Of a stretch of 64,000 nucleotides of DNA, positions 51,001 through 64,000 are shown piece after piece. Location of the stretch: assembly GCF_008831285.2 (NCBI RefSeq), contig NC_045138.2, positions 38,998,001-39,062,000 on the forward strand, read 5' to 3'. The position numbers were made by a program, and so were the translations under genes. Numbering within the stretch: the first letter of the stretch is position 1; every line of letters starts with the position of its first letter. The notes under the pieces are model-generated. The model did no database searches and was not told where the DNA came from. It saw nothing but the letters and a program-made list of their open reading frames with translations. This DNA is from Nymphaea colorata. Its lineage: Eukaryota.

Positions 51001-54000
51001 TTCTATGTTATCGGGACACAGAATTCCTTATGGTGCCATTGATGTTCTATAGATTAGAATAAAGTTTTTTTAATTGTGATTTTCCCATTTGGAAATAGTT
51101 AATCTGGTTGATTTTGATATTTTAGTATTATCATTTCCTGGAAATAGAAGAAAAGCAATGGCAGATTGAGGCTATCTTTATGTGTGTGTGTGCACATGTG
51201 CATGAGTGCATGCATGAATACATCCTTGCCACATCTACAACTGCATCCACATCTATGCCTGCACTCATATGACTAGGTTGTCTTGTGGGATGGCACATCA
51301 AGAAAGCAAAATCAGATTCTTCATCACAATCTCTGTGCATGGAGCTGACATTTTTTTACCACTTTTATTATCAGTGTTTGGAACTCTGTACCCTAATGAT
51401 GCCCTTTGCACCACTGTTCAGCATACACAAGTAATTTCTTTAATGCAGTGGTCACATCTATTAAATTACTTTCAAGACCAAGAAAAAGATGTTTGCATGC
51501 ATACATTTTCTTGTTACACGTCTGATAGCACAAAAAACATGTTATAATACTTGAATGCATTTTTAAGCCTGGAATTTTTTTTCTGCAATAGAAATTGCTG
51601 TAGATAATGTTTTAGCATGAACGGAATTTTGTTTGTTGCTGTCTTTCCTTTTCTCTTTTCCTATATATCTTCTTATTCAACTGCTTTAAGATAAAAGTAA
51701 GGAACCTTTGATTTGTAAGGCTTAAAGAAGATTAAGAGCAAGGGAAAGGACTAAGAAGGGAAGAGGTGGAAGAAGGAGAACAAAAGAAAGAACCAAAATG
51801 TGGAGAAAGAAGTTTAGAGATCAAAGGGTTTCAATAGTTTTGCTTAACAGAAAGAGGAATAACGAAACTACCACATAAATTGAGTGGTTTGCTCGCTGTT
51901 CTATAGGTGCTCATGTGGGGTCTGGAAGCATAGTGCGTCGGATCTTTCTTTTACTACTTTATCACTTACGGCAACGTGGACTTCCTGTTTTACTGCTTTT
52001 ATTTTGTCGTATGCTCTGGTTTGCTACGAATGAAGTGGGGATACACTTTTCTTCTTTACTTGTCTTTGGTTGAGTTTGGCACTGGGTAGTGAATGGTATA
52101 TCTATGGCTCACAATTTTAACCGTATGTAACATGATTATCAAGAAGTGTCCTGAAAAGCATATCATAAAGTGCTGGATAATATATTCATGACAGCACTAA
52201 TATGCATATGGTGAGGTATGTTTTCTGTCACTTGGAGACGCTTACCTTGGCAACCAAAGCAAGTATTTAGGATTTTTGCAGGCTACACAAGTATCTGGTT
52301 GTCATGTATGGCAAGTCTATGTTCTACCATATTCAACAATTTATTATTCCTGCTTCCAGTTTTAGCTTCTCATTGGTCTTATTTCTAACAGATTAGTAAG
52401 CACATATATTGTTTCGTGAATTAAAAATTTAAGTTTGAAACTTTGTGAAAAAGATTTGAAAATTTTCCTTCTGCACTGAATGAATAATTTGAGTGGCTGG
52501 ATTTGACTGGTGGGCTTTAGATACCTTTTATTTTTTATTTTTTGTTGATTCATTCCACTATTATGTGTTGCTAAAGTAGAAAATTCTGTAACTTGTAGGG
52601 AGGACGCTGTGGTATATATGGTGCCAACTGCCCTGAATGGCTTATGAGTATGGAGGTAGTCTTTTGCTTGCTGATCTGTATTCTTCTTCTTTATTTTTTT
52701 TCTCATTTGATGCAGAACTTGACCATTTGATTTGTGAAAACATAACTTGATTCTTTTGAACTTTCACATATCTTGTTTCGCTCTTGAAGTTGTTTATTAT
52801 GCTCTTGGCTGGTGAATAAGGGGAACTTGCTCTGCTCATAATATTGTGTGTTCTGCTAATGGATATTTGTACCTCTGGAATATACCTAAACATTTTGCAA
52901 CTTTTTCAGGCTTGCAATGCTCATGGCATATATTGTGTCCCCTTGTACGATACTCTAGGTATACCTTCTGCCTTCTCTAATTTTTGAAGTATTATTAAAT
53001 AATGTCAGAAGAAAAGGAAAACTGCTACTTCCTCTGATAGTCCAAAGAATGGGTCTTATCTCCATTGGTGTCGTTGGTGATGATGTTGGAGCAAATAATA
53101 ATGTTTGATGGAAAAAAGCTAGTTCTCATCTTACATGAAATCAAAACAAGAGTGACCATATTGGAGAAATTATGGATGATAAGGAACTAGAGGGTTCAGT
53201 AAAGCTTATAGGGGCAATCATGAGCAAAATATGTTTAACACATGTATTATGCCAGTAAGGTGACAAACAACTTTATGTGGAAAACAAATTATTGCACATG
53301 TGGGAGAATGACAAGTATCTGAAAAGCATTCTACAAATGTCACAAATGACAAGATTAGGTTTCAAATCTTTAATTTTTGTACTCTCTTAATTTCTTGCTA
53401 AACTTGGCTACATCTTTTAATTCAAGCATTTTTATATCCTTTGAAGGTGCTGGAGCAGTTGAGTTTATTATATGCCATGCGGAGGTTTCTATTGCATTTG
53501 TTGAAGAGAAAAAGATCGCTGAGGTATGATCTTTATGCTTGCATATGCTAAATGGTGTTTGATAGTGACTTATTGATTGAAAGCGTGGATTCTCTCACTT
53601 ATGTCTAAAAGGGGGCAGAACTAGTGCAGATTGGCTATGCATGTATACACTATACCTTTCTGAGAGATACAGAGTTTATTTTTGTTGAATCAACTGTCCA
53701 TTTTGCTTCTCTACATATTATAGTAAACCATTTCTTTGTACAGTATTTTTATATGGTGGTTTTGATTTCTGTTCCCATTCTAAAACGAAGATGCATCTTC
53801 AAGTTTCTTTCAGGTTTTCCTTTTAGATATGCACTCAGCCTGCTTTCTGAAATAGGGAAAAGAGCAATAAGACGTCACTATCTTAATGGGTGAGAATAGC
53901 CAGTTTCATCTGTCAGATAGGGGGAAAGGAAAATTAAAAATTGTGGATAGATTTTTTTCCTTGGCTCAAGAGGGGACTTAGTTTACTGGGTTTGAATCCA

Positions 54001-57000
54001 CAACAATCAAATGTTTTCACTCTTTCCTTTTTGAAGTGATCTGTCTGACTCTAAGTTGTTTTAGATTATAAGAATTCTCTTGTGCTCTAAAGCCTATAAT
54101 GCTGTTTCCCCAAATCAATTATTTCACTGTTTAGTAGCCTTATTTATCTATATTTACATCTAACTTTTTGAATTAGAGATAATTTAATTATGCGTACATT
54201 TAAATGGTCAGGTTTAGCCCAGTTCAGCTGACTGAACCGGATGTGCTGTGTCAGAGAAGCACAAGCACTGGCACTAGTGTTGACACAGGTTCCACACGGT
54301 GCTTCAGGCATTTAGAAGCACCCACATGACATTGGTAGTAACTGCTAACTTAATGTGCATGTACTGACACAGAGTTCAGTATCCTGATATAACATACAGG
54401 CTAGAAAATCAATGTGTCATGCTGTTAATGCTTTTAATTTCTTCTGGCACAGTGTTTGTGCTTTTGCTCAATTTCTCTATTTCATGATTTAATCTCAATT
54501 CATCTCTTTGTTGGTTCTTGCTTCTTGTTGACATGATCAAGTCTTTGTTTTTAGGATATCTCATGTTTAGTTCTTCAAGGACCTTGTTTATGCACAATTA
54601 ATTGTCTAGGTCAAGAACTCCCGGATTTCATATTGTGTATCTATACATGCTCAAGGAATTTTCTTGAAGTAATTTGCCAATATTTCAGTCATTGTCCTTT
54701 GGATTCTAATAACTTGTGTCTTTTGTCTTCAGATGCTGAAAATCTTATCTAATTCATCAAAATTCTTGAAGAGTAAGTTTTATCTACCTGATGTGCCACC
54801 TGTTTGACTGGGTTTGAACTTTGATATTGACAAATTTTTTTATTTTTGCAGCTCTAGTTAGCTTTGGGAAGTTTCCAAATGAACAACGGGAAGAGGTTGA
54901 GAAGTTTGGCTTAGCAGCTTATTCTTGGGATGATTTTTTACTATTGGTAAGATACATTTCTAAGAATTGGAATGTTGTCGATTAATGTGCCATTTTTCTG
55001 GTTTGGTAGTTGTTTCCATATGGATGGGATTTTTTTTTTTCTTTTTCTTGCCTGATGTATGTCATTCTCACAATGTTGTTTGAATGTGCAGCCATCTGCA
55101 GAAGTGAGATGGTTATCATGATTTGATATCTAAAATGAATGTTAGGCAATCTGGTGAATGCTGAAAATTTTTAAATTTTATTCTTGACTGCAATCATTAT
55201 TTGGAGTTTGAGATGCCCTTGGTTTGCTGTCCTTTGATCCAGGAAAAGATGGCATTTCACACTAATTTCTGAAGATCAAATCGTATTTGGTTATATCAAT
55301 AGTTTACCATTAGATCTGAAACAAGAGTATGTAGGATCATTAGATGGATCGTGATATGATATCTAAGAAGAACGTTAAGCAGTCTGGGTGGTGACGTTTT
55401 TTTTTTGAACTTTATTCTTGAGATGCAGCCAATACTCAGATAGAGTCAAGATGTTCTTTCTTTGCTTTTCTTTGATCTGCGAAAAAATTATGCTTGATTA
55501 CTAATTTCAAAGTTGGTCACAGTGTTCCATATGTCTATCTGGTTACTTTTATGCCCCATTGCCAGCCTCCACATGACGAGTCTGTCAGTGCACAGACAGA
55601 TCAATGGTCACGTCTGAGGATGTGTAAGCAATCACTTATTTGTTGCTGAATCTTTATAAATTACATAAAGCTGGTAAAACTTTATTAGAAAATGTAAGGA
55701 GACGACCATTTTGGGGCGTAATAATCAACAATTCAACTTCTATCATGTTCCATCATTCCATGTAACTTTTTTTTGTGGGTCTAGATGCTACTTGTAGGGA
55801 TGTACAAGGAGCGAGCCGAGCTTGAGCTCGACCAGCTTGAACTCGCTCGACTCACATATAGTTCAGCTGGAGCTCGACGCGAGCTTTATGACCTGAGCTC
55901 GAGCTCGACTCGTTTAAGCTTGTGTCCCTTAATATATATTTTTTGCTTAAATTTTTCATGTTTTGACTTAAGCCATTTAAGTTTTTGAAATTACAAAAAT
56001 AAGTATTAGTGTTAGACGAGCCTAATCGAGCTTAATCGAGTCGAGTTCATCCAACTCGAACTTGACTCGTTTACAAACTCGAGTTATCAGTTAAGCTCGA
56101 ACTCGACTCGTTTAACTTTCAAGACGAGCTTAACCGAGAGAGTTCGAGTCGAGCCACTGGAGCTCATTGAACATCCCTAGCTACTTGTCAGATCTGAGTC
56201 TGATATGGGATTTTTTATCAGTTTGAACTCAAAAGAAAGCATGTTCGTATCTGATCAATTTATAGACACAAACATGTGTCTTTGCACTCATGCTTCCTGA
56301 AGTTTTTGTTCATATCATACAACATTTATTAGAAAAACAATAGACAGATCGGTTACTGCAGAATGGAGTAGAACTCTCATTAGAGGCATTCATTATTGAT
56401 CTCTTATTCTTCCAAACAAAGTGCAATATGCTTTATGGAATTGCTTGATATCGTTGTGTTTCTTCAACCATACTTGTGTTAGTGGTTCAGCTTTGGGTGG
56501 CATAATTCTAACTCTGGAATAATCATCCTTTTTAAGGGTCTTTTGTGATGTAAGATTTACTTGAGAAATGGAAGTTGGTGAATAAACCAATTTGTATGCA
56601 AGGTGCTTATAGTTGTTGATAATATACTGTTTTCATTGCCAGGGAGATAAAAAACAGTTTGATTTCCCATCTCCTAAGAAAGATGACATCTGTACCATAA
56701 TGTATACTAGTGGCACAACTGGTGATCCTAAGGGAGTTCTCTTAAGCAACAAGAGTATCGTCACTCTCATTTCTGGTGTTGAGCGGCTACTCGAATGTGT
56801 GAATGAAGAGGTAAACAATAAAGCCTACTTAGACTACCACTTCCCTCTTTCATTTTGTTATTCCACGTAGATACATGTAAGGGATATGCTTCTCGGTTTG
56901 ATAAGGAAAATTCGACATTGTCTTCAATTCACCAGCAAAATGTCAGGTCAAACTCCATAATGCTTTTTCTCAATACAATTTCATTTTTTTTCCTCTTTAG

Positions 57001-60000
57001 CCTTTTTTCATAACAATCTTGCAAATTGTGAAGCTTAAACAGTTTGGGGTCCTCTATTGAGTGCATTTAGCAGAAAACTGTTTTTTCACACTATTCTTGT
57101 CTACTAATGCAATTTTAAGGCCAGTAGTAAGGTATTACTCTCTCACCCTTTATGTACTTGCATAATCTTGTTGCTGATATTTTCTATTCCAAATTTCCAG
57201 TTGACTCACAAGGATGTTTACTTATCTTACCTACCGCTTGCACACATATTTGATCGGGTAATTGAAGAACTATTTATATGGAAAGGCGCTTCAATAGGAT
57301 TTTGGCATGGGGTGAGTGATCATTTTGTTTTCTAATAGGCAAAATTGTTCAATTTCACTTACTGTATAAATCAATTTCAGGATGTTAAATTATTGGTCGA
57401 TGATATTGGAGAACTAAAACCAACCATCTTTTGTGGTGTCCCACGTGTTCTGGATCGAATATATTCAGGTGAATAAATGAGTTCCAATTGACTTCTCTGT
57501 TGTTCTAGTTTGCATGACTGAGATGATGCCTTCGAGTTTGGAGCTCTTAAATGATATTTTCTGTGGTTAACCACTAACCAGATACATGGCAAGTCAATCT
57601 GTTCAGCCATTAAGTTATGCATGCCTTGTAGCATGCTTAGAGAAGTTTTCAGATTAATTTTTAATTCAACACCTCCAAGTTCGTGGTGCCTTGATGGTTT
57701 TTGCAATTGGTTCTGGTCTTGACCATCTTATTCCAACCACTGATTAAGACCATTGAAAGTTTTTTCTGATATGTCCTCCGAAACTTTTGCTCTTTCTTGT
57801 ATAATCAGTTGTTAGTGCGGAAAAGGGCAATTGGCAAAGAGAGGCTGAGGGTGGAAAGAAATGATATAAAGACTGAAGTATCAAAAGAAGGCAACAGTGG
57901 GAAAGCAAAAAATAAGAGAAATAATTGGATTTACTCCACTGATCATAGAAGTAAAGAACGAAGAAGAAAAGGATGTGAGCAGACTAAAAATATAATTGAT
58001 TTTCCTCTAGTTCTCTTTAACAGTTCGACTTACACTTAGGTCTTTTGGTCATCATGCTTCCAGTTCAAGTTTTATGGCTACAAAGATATACAGGATAGGT
58101 AATCTTAGGCGTTTGATATCATGGTAAATCTTATTGCAGGTCAATGCTAGTAATTTTCATCTGTCACCACATGTTATGTAGTCCAACGTTAATTACCTTA
58201 AGAGTCTAGATTAATTTGATGTTAATTAGATAAAGAGGTTCAAATTCAAACTTGAAATCATTTCATAACTTATGAACAAACAACCTCTGAAAGGATCAAG
58301 TGAGCTTTTTGAGAATAACTAAACTTGCACTAGTGAGACCTGGAATGTAAACCTTTGGTAAGAATCCTCAAGATGCAGATCCACACTTGAACATGTGATT
58401 CAATTTCAAAAGTGGCATAAATTTCTTCACCTAAGTTATAAACCAAATCCATCGATAGCTTTCTGTCCATCCTCAAAACCTTTAGAAAACAAAATGCTTC
58501 TCTTTAGGCACTTAGGGCCGTCACCTTTGGCCTTGTCCTGGGTATCACCTGACATAACCTGAATTACTGGGTTTAGCTGAAGAAAGGCAAGCTGGATAAA
58601 ATATGAGTAGATTTAGGTCTTTCTTTTAGAACCTGACTAGGTTCCAGTTTGAGAATGAAAATGATGTTAGGATGTTGAACGCCTGATCTGGAGGAGAAAT
58701 AGCTTGATTAGTCATTACTCATTAGACATTTGACCTGAATATGTAATAATTACATGACCAAAAAATGTGCTTGACTGGGGTGCTAATGGGCTTCAGATAG
58801 TCAACTACGTATTCCAGGTGAAGTTCTAAACTGATATAAGTTTTATGAATTTAAGTTGGAAAAAGTCTTTATGCATAACTCTTTATTTATCAGTTGGTTA
58901 TATAATCACACGCTAAGTCAACCTATTAACACTTTGATTCAGGTCCTAGATTGAGATAGAAAGAGAAAAGCAGTTCCATTCTACAAACCCTACACAGTAC
59001 ATACCCTTTATGACTCACCTTTCCATGTTAGCACATAACACTCTCCTCCTTTTCGAAGGGGGATGTGCAGAATTGATTTTTCCTACATATATATGTGCAT
59101 GTGCATGTGCATGCGTGCGTGTGACCTGACTAAAAATTCGCTAACAATAGTGGTTTTTTATGTCTATACATCTGGCCCAACCCCGACCTGTCATTGATCT
59201 GAGCCTCTGTTTCTGTAGCCTCTGCCCTTGATGTCTATGCTTACTATGCTGCTAGAATCACCACCACCATAACTATTCAGCCCTAACACACATTGTCTCA
59301 TCCCTTAGTGTCTACCCATTCTTCAGAGAGGAATTTATGTCTGGCAATTGAGGCACTTCAATAGCTCGGATAAATCTACAGTACTGCTGGTTAAAGACAC
59401 TGTATGGTAGCATTTTATCATGCTGCTAAGTGGCAGTTTTTGGTGGAATTTTTGGTTGTTGGTAGAGAGCAGTTTGTTACAACATGCTACTAGTGATGTG
59501 CAGCTACCTTGCACAATATGCTTCATTGCTTCTTAGCTTTTCTCTCCTGGGTCACCTCCCTCCTTTAGCTATCAATATTATTGAATTAAAATGTCGATTA
59601 TTTGCGGATTCCAGCTTAAACAAGGGCAAGAGGGCATGTCATTTATAACCATAATGGCACACCCTAATCAGCAACTACTGATACTTTTTACTTGGGTTAC
59701 ACACAGCATTATTTAAGTATTTGATATATCTATTGAATATTTTTTATTTTGGTGTCTGGATATATCAGGGCTTATGCAAAGAATCTCCTCAGGCGGGCTT
59801 TTGAGAAGAACACTGTTTAATATTGCACATTCATAGTAAGTATCTTTGTGCTGTTCAATTTAACTAATGATATTGCTATTTTAAAATGTAGCAGTCCATT
59901 AGTTAAGGTTATCCTCATCAACCTCTTAGTGATGACCAGTAGCTTTGGTCAGAGGGTAGCAAATGGCAGGCCGAGGAATCACAAGCTGTGGTTTCTGGTC

Positions 60001-60654
60001 ATAGTTGTGATTTTTCGGGCTGTGATTTCCTGTTAGAGGACCACACATGTGATTTTTGGTACAGGGTCAAAGGCCATGGCTTTTTGACTCAATAGCTTGT
60101 GATCTTTCAGTGCCTGCTATGAATCGCTAGGCGCTATTATAATTCAGAAACCATGGGATGCATCACATGTGCCTGACACATATGCCTTTTCTTCTCAGAG
60201 ATCTTACTTTTGGATTCTCCTTATTGTTATATACCATTATCTTGGTGAAAATGAATTGCAGATACAAGCAAGAAGCTTGCATTTTGCATGACATTATTTC
60301 TACTCTTGCTTACATTAGAATCTTAACTATTGGAATCTTAACCATGCAGTAAATATAATTGTATGAAAAAGGGGTTCAAACATGAGCAGGCTGCTCCAAT
60401 ATTTGATGCAATAGTTTTCAGTAAGGTGAGAGTGTGTTTACTATTCAGAATGTCTGGATGCTTAAGTCTAGCTTGTTTTATTTTTTTAGTTTTTTGATAA
60501 TTGCCGTTCTCATGTGTGAGATTCAACATACCATAGGTAAGACAAGGATTAGGAGGTCGTGTACGGCTCATTCTCTCTGGTGCAGCACCACTTGCTACTC
60601 ATGTAGAAGCTTTTCTAAGAGTCGTGTCATGTGCACATGTTTTACAGGGCTACG
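48020..60654 (+). CDS. LACS4: Long-chain acyl-CoA synthetase, LACS4/5-like, 3'-incomplete; exons 48020-48192, 50451-50514, 50591-50680, 52599-52655, 52910-52958, 53447-53523, 54733-54772, 54852-54946, 56643-56810, 57201-57311, 57381-57468, 59769-59835, 60350-60425, 60537-60654
   Basis: Fourteen phase-compatible GT-AG exons give [49 protein letters not shown], the AMP-binding loop [38 protein letters not shown] and LSGAAPL...HVLQGYG. The remaining exons lie beyond the window. Confidence 0.94.
55795..56179. mobile_element. hAT-type MITE in LACS intron 8
   Basis: TIRs TAGGGATGTACAA / TTGAACATCCCTA; perfect 8-bp TSD gctacttg (55787-55794 and 56180-56187); many internal CTCGA/GAGCT motifs. Confidence 0.95.
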
Positions 60655-61108
60655 GTATGTCTGCCTGCAAAATGCATTTAAACTTCGTACATTTAAACGA
60701 GTTATGTTCTGCAGAAGTCCGTTCGCCACATATCAGTTTTTTTCTTTGCTTGTTAGCAACTATGAGGAAAATTATTGCAGACATTGGGATGCTTATTTTT
60801 TATAATTCTATCTACCTTGAGATGCACTAGTCACCTTCGTAGGGATGCACTAGCATCTCCAAGGCCAGTGCATCTTGTAGGTGTAAAATGGAGTCTCTGC
60901 AGGCAGTGGAAACTTTAGCCTTCATTATATGCCTCTGTTAGCTTTTAGGCTGATCAACATAGTGGGATTATTGTTTGTTGCTTTCCTTAGCTCAAGGTGG
61001 ATGTTAATGAGAATAAAAACGAGACTTATGTCACCTGACAAGTCTTGTAAAAACCGTCCTGGCAAACTTATACCAAGTCTTGAGGCACATGTTGATTCAT
61101 CTCCCAAA

Positions 61109-64000
61109 GGGCCCGTTTGATGGCATGGAAGAGTTTAACGTGGTAAATTTACCATGGTAAATTTTTCTGAAAAAATTTAGAGGATGAAATTTCTCCCTCT
61201 TTCAATCTGAGGCCCTGTTTGATAACATGGTAGAATTTAACGTGGTAAAATTAACCGTTTGATGCACAAGGTAGTTTTTTGCAGGGTAAAATTAACCCTG
61301 TTTGATGCACATGGTAGAAGATTTGAGACTTTTTTCAGGACTGTTAGTAGTAGTTGTTTTTTTTTTCTTCTCCTCCCCAATTTCATGTGGGAAGAAATTG
61401 GAAGATGATCTTCCAAAACAACAAAATGTTGATATTTACACCTACGCATTAAGCATGTTGTACCAACATCAGTTTTAGGTAAAAAAAAAAAAAAACACAG
61501 TTGTAAGGTATGAACATTGAACAAATATATACATTGCTATATAAATTTAAATAAGCACAAATTCATGTTTCAAAGAAAAAAGTGTCTTGCAGCAAAGTCA
61601 TGACTCATCTTTGTTGTGTAATACAGACACACACATATAGCAATTTACTAAGTTATGCCACATCACTTCAAATGGAAATTACTAGTGTATACTATATTAC
61701 AATAACTTTGTTACAGGAAGAGCATGCCAACGTAAATTAGCAAATAGTTTGCTTTCAGTTGTCCAGATGTCAAAATAGAATGCAATTACATAAAAAGGAA
61801 AGTTTCAAGAGGATAAATGAGCTCCTTCTAGTGTTTTTCTTTTTTCTCATGAAATCCAGCAAAAGGTGCATACAGAACATACTTCATATTAGATACAATC
61901 AAAATTTTTCACATGCATAAAAAGATATGCTTGGATAAGTACAGTTTCTGACTTTGACAGGATTAGAAATCAATTAAGAACCACAGGCAACATAAAATGT
62001 CTACAAAGGGAACAACAGAACAACAAAATAAGAATAAGACATTTTATTTAGTAAGTCCCATCAATGATTGCTTAGCGTTCAAAGTTGAAACAGTAGGATA
62101 GAGTCATTGAGTGATGAGATAACACATTAGAGTGATGACTATCAAGTTAAAGGGATTTAAACGTTCAATTCAGCAATTCTTGGATTCTGAGTACTGAGAA
62201 ATGAGTTCTAACCAGCCCTTTGCAGGAAAAGCCCGCCTCAGGACCTTTGTCCACGTTCTTGCATCGGCAGATTGAGAATTTCACCATTTGCACCAAGCAA
62301 ATATGCCTCCAGATTAGAACAATACAATGTTACAAGTTCCAGTGCTTTATCAAGTCTTGAGCCTTTCTCAACAGAGTTGAAAAATTTGCTTATTATTACC
62401 AATCATCATATTCAAATGAACAAGGAAATATCATTGCTGAAGTAAGAATGCCGATCAAAGAACAGATACCGTCCTCGACTTGTAGCAGCCAGGACATCAA
62501 GAAACTTTATCAACAGAGTTGACAAATTTGCTTATTATTACCAAGCATCGATATACAAATGAACAAAGAAATATCATTGCTGGAGTGAGAATGCCGATCA
62601 CGCTACCACACTGAAATTGAAAGTTCAGATACCGTCCTCAACTTGTAGCAGCCAGGACATCAATAAATTAAAAAACATAAACACATTCTAATCTATGCAT
62701 CCTTGCCTCTCCCCGTTCAGTCAAACAGAATCTAAAATACCTTTATTGAGAACTCCAAACTCCCGCATGTAAACACTAAAAAATCACTAAGCTTTCTTTG
62801 CCGCATGGATGCAACCCAGTGACGAGCACAACTACTGTTTCAGAACCACCCGTGAAGATACCCAAGTGAATTAGAAAAATTGATTACACAGAACTGCATA
62901 TGAATTAGCCTTTGGCAGTGTTGCAACAGCTAAGGGCATAGAGAAGTGATGAGATCTTCAAATTTCTTGTGAACTGATGAGAAACTGTAGTTGGACAAGT
63001 AAAAGAGAAGGGCTCAACTTTGTCAATTAGATTACGGGAGCAGCCTCACATGCAAATAAAGCAAAACCAGGTACGGACTAGAGCATCAAGGAAGCATTGC
63101 CCTCAATCTCAGAGCTCATTGTCCTGCTACCAGCACATAATAGTGCCACAGAAGATACAAGAAGGAAGCAGAAACCATGATTAGAGAACTGGGAGAATAG
63201 GTCAGCGGTAGAAAAATCAGGTTTTTAAGAGTAATCAATACAATAAGAGGTTCTTTCTATGAAACAACATGCATTTGTCCATCCTCCTGATTGTCGTTTG
63301 CTGCAAACCACATTAGACTGTAGAGGACCCCAAGTGAGGCATTCCCAACATGGATTCTACATGAATACCAAACAAGTGCAGACCAAACAACCCCAGAGCA
63401 GGAAGATACCTGCAGCAAAGGTGAGGAACAAGAGAGCAAGAGAGGAGGAGACACAGCTAGAGAAGGGGGATGCAGAAAGAGAGGAGGACACACAGCGAGA
63501 GAAGATATACCTGTGCAGCGAGACAGGAGAGGTTCCGTCGAGTGCGAGTGAGGAAGGGAAAGCAGCAAGAGAGGGGAAGATGGGCGTCCATGGGAGGGGA
63601 AAGCAGCAAGAGGGGAAGATGGGCGTCCATGGGAGGGGAAAGCAGCAAGAGGGAAAGATGGGCGTCCATGGGAGGGGAAAGCAGCAAGAGAGGAGAAGAT
63701 GGCGTCCACAGGAGGGAAAAGCAGCAAGAGAGGGGAGCGTCCACGGGAGGGGAAAGCAGCAAGAGAGAGGAGCATCGTCCACGGGAGGGGAAAAATTGAG
63801 AGCCTAACGGCTCTCAGTTTTGTCTCCGCGAAAAAGTCCGACCTCACAGGTCAGACTTTTTCACGGGTGAAATTTCACCCGAACTTAAGAGTGAAATCGA
63901 GTGAAATTTTATCACGTTTGTTGCGTTGGGAGGTGAACGGGTGGAATTTCACCCACCCATACAGATTTCAACCGATGCACAAGATTTTTTCTATGCATGA
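61109..64000. mobile_element. PIF/Harbinger-like element in LACS intron 14 (right end outside the window)
   Basis: Starts GGGCCCGTTTGAT, a Harbinger-type terminus. Subterminal repeats (GTTTGAT..CATGGTAG, GGTAAAATTAACC) run to ~61320, and related palindromic motifs (GGGTGAAATTTCACCC) occur near 63865-63960. No transposase was recognised. Confidence 0.6.
63555..63792. repeat. Minisatellite, ~6 units of 35-41 bp
   Basis: Unit ggaaagcagcaagag(ag)gggaagatgggcgtccatgggagg with variants. Confidence 0.92.

Noticed and set aside
63257..63847. Repetitive 100-200-aa ORFs on both strands; superficially CRISPR-like array
   Set aside because: Head-to-tail minisatellite without unique spacers, in a eukaryotic intron; frames stay open because of low complexity.

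Overview
Flowering-plant nuclear DNA (spliceosomal introns, MITEs, microsatellites); the species cannot be determined from the sequence. From left to right: (1) the 5' part of an intronless GSL1/GSL5-type callose synthase on the minus strand, with a 1-bp frameshift in a G run; (2) a PIF/Harbinger-like non-autonomous element carrying a fragmented mTERF18-like sequence; (3) a minus-strand tandem array of short-chain dehydrogenases/reductases (SDRs); (4) a Di19 zinc-finger gene whose third intron has no canonical 5' splice site at the position where this family has a U12 AT-AC intron; (5) a type-1 non-specific lipid transfer protein (nsLTP); (6) the first 14 exons of a LACS4/5-like long-chain acyl-CoA synthetase, with hAT and Harbinger insertions in its introns. 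The SDR ORF-track starts are probably wrong: each gene starts in an 11-nt coding exon (ATGGCTCAAAG) about 0.9-1.0 kb upstream. There are five such first exons but only three enzyme-coding second exons, partly because an ~8.3-kb tandem duplication breaks inside an intron. The most promising candidates for new biology are this surplus of interchangeable first exons/promoters and the degenerate minor-class intron in Di19. All comparisons were made by eye; no alignments or database searches were run.
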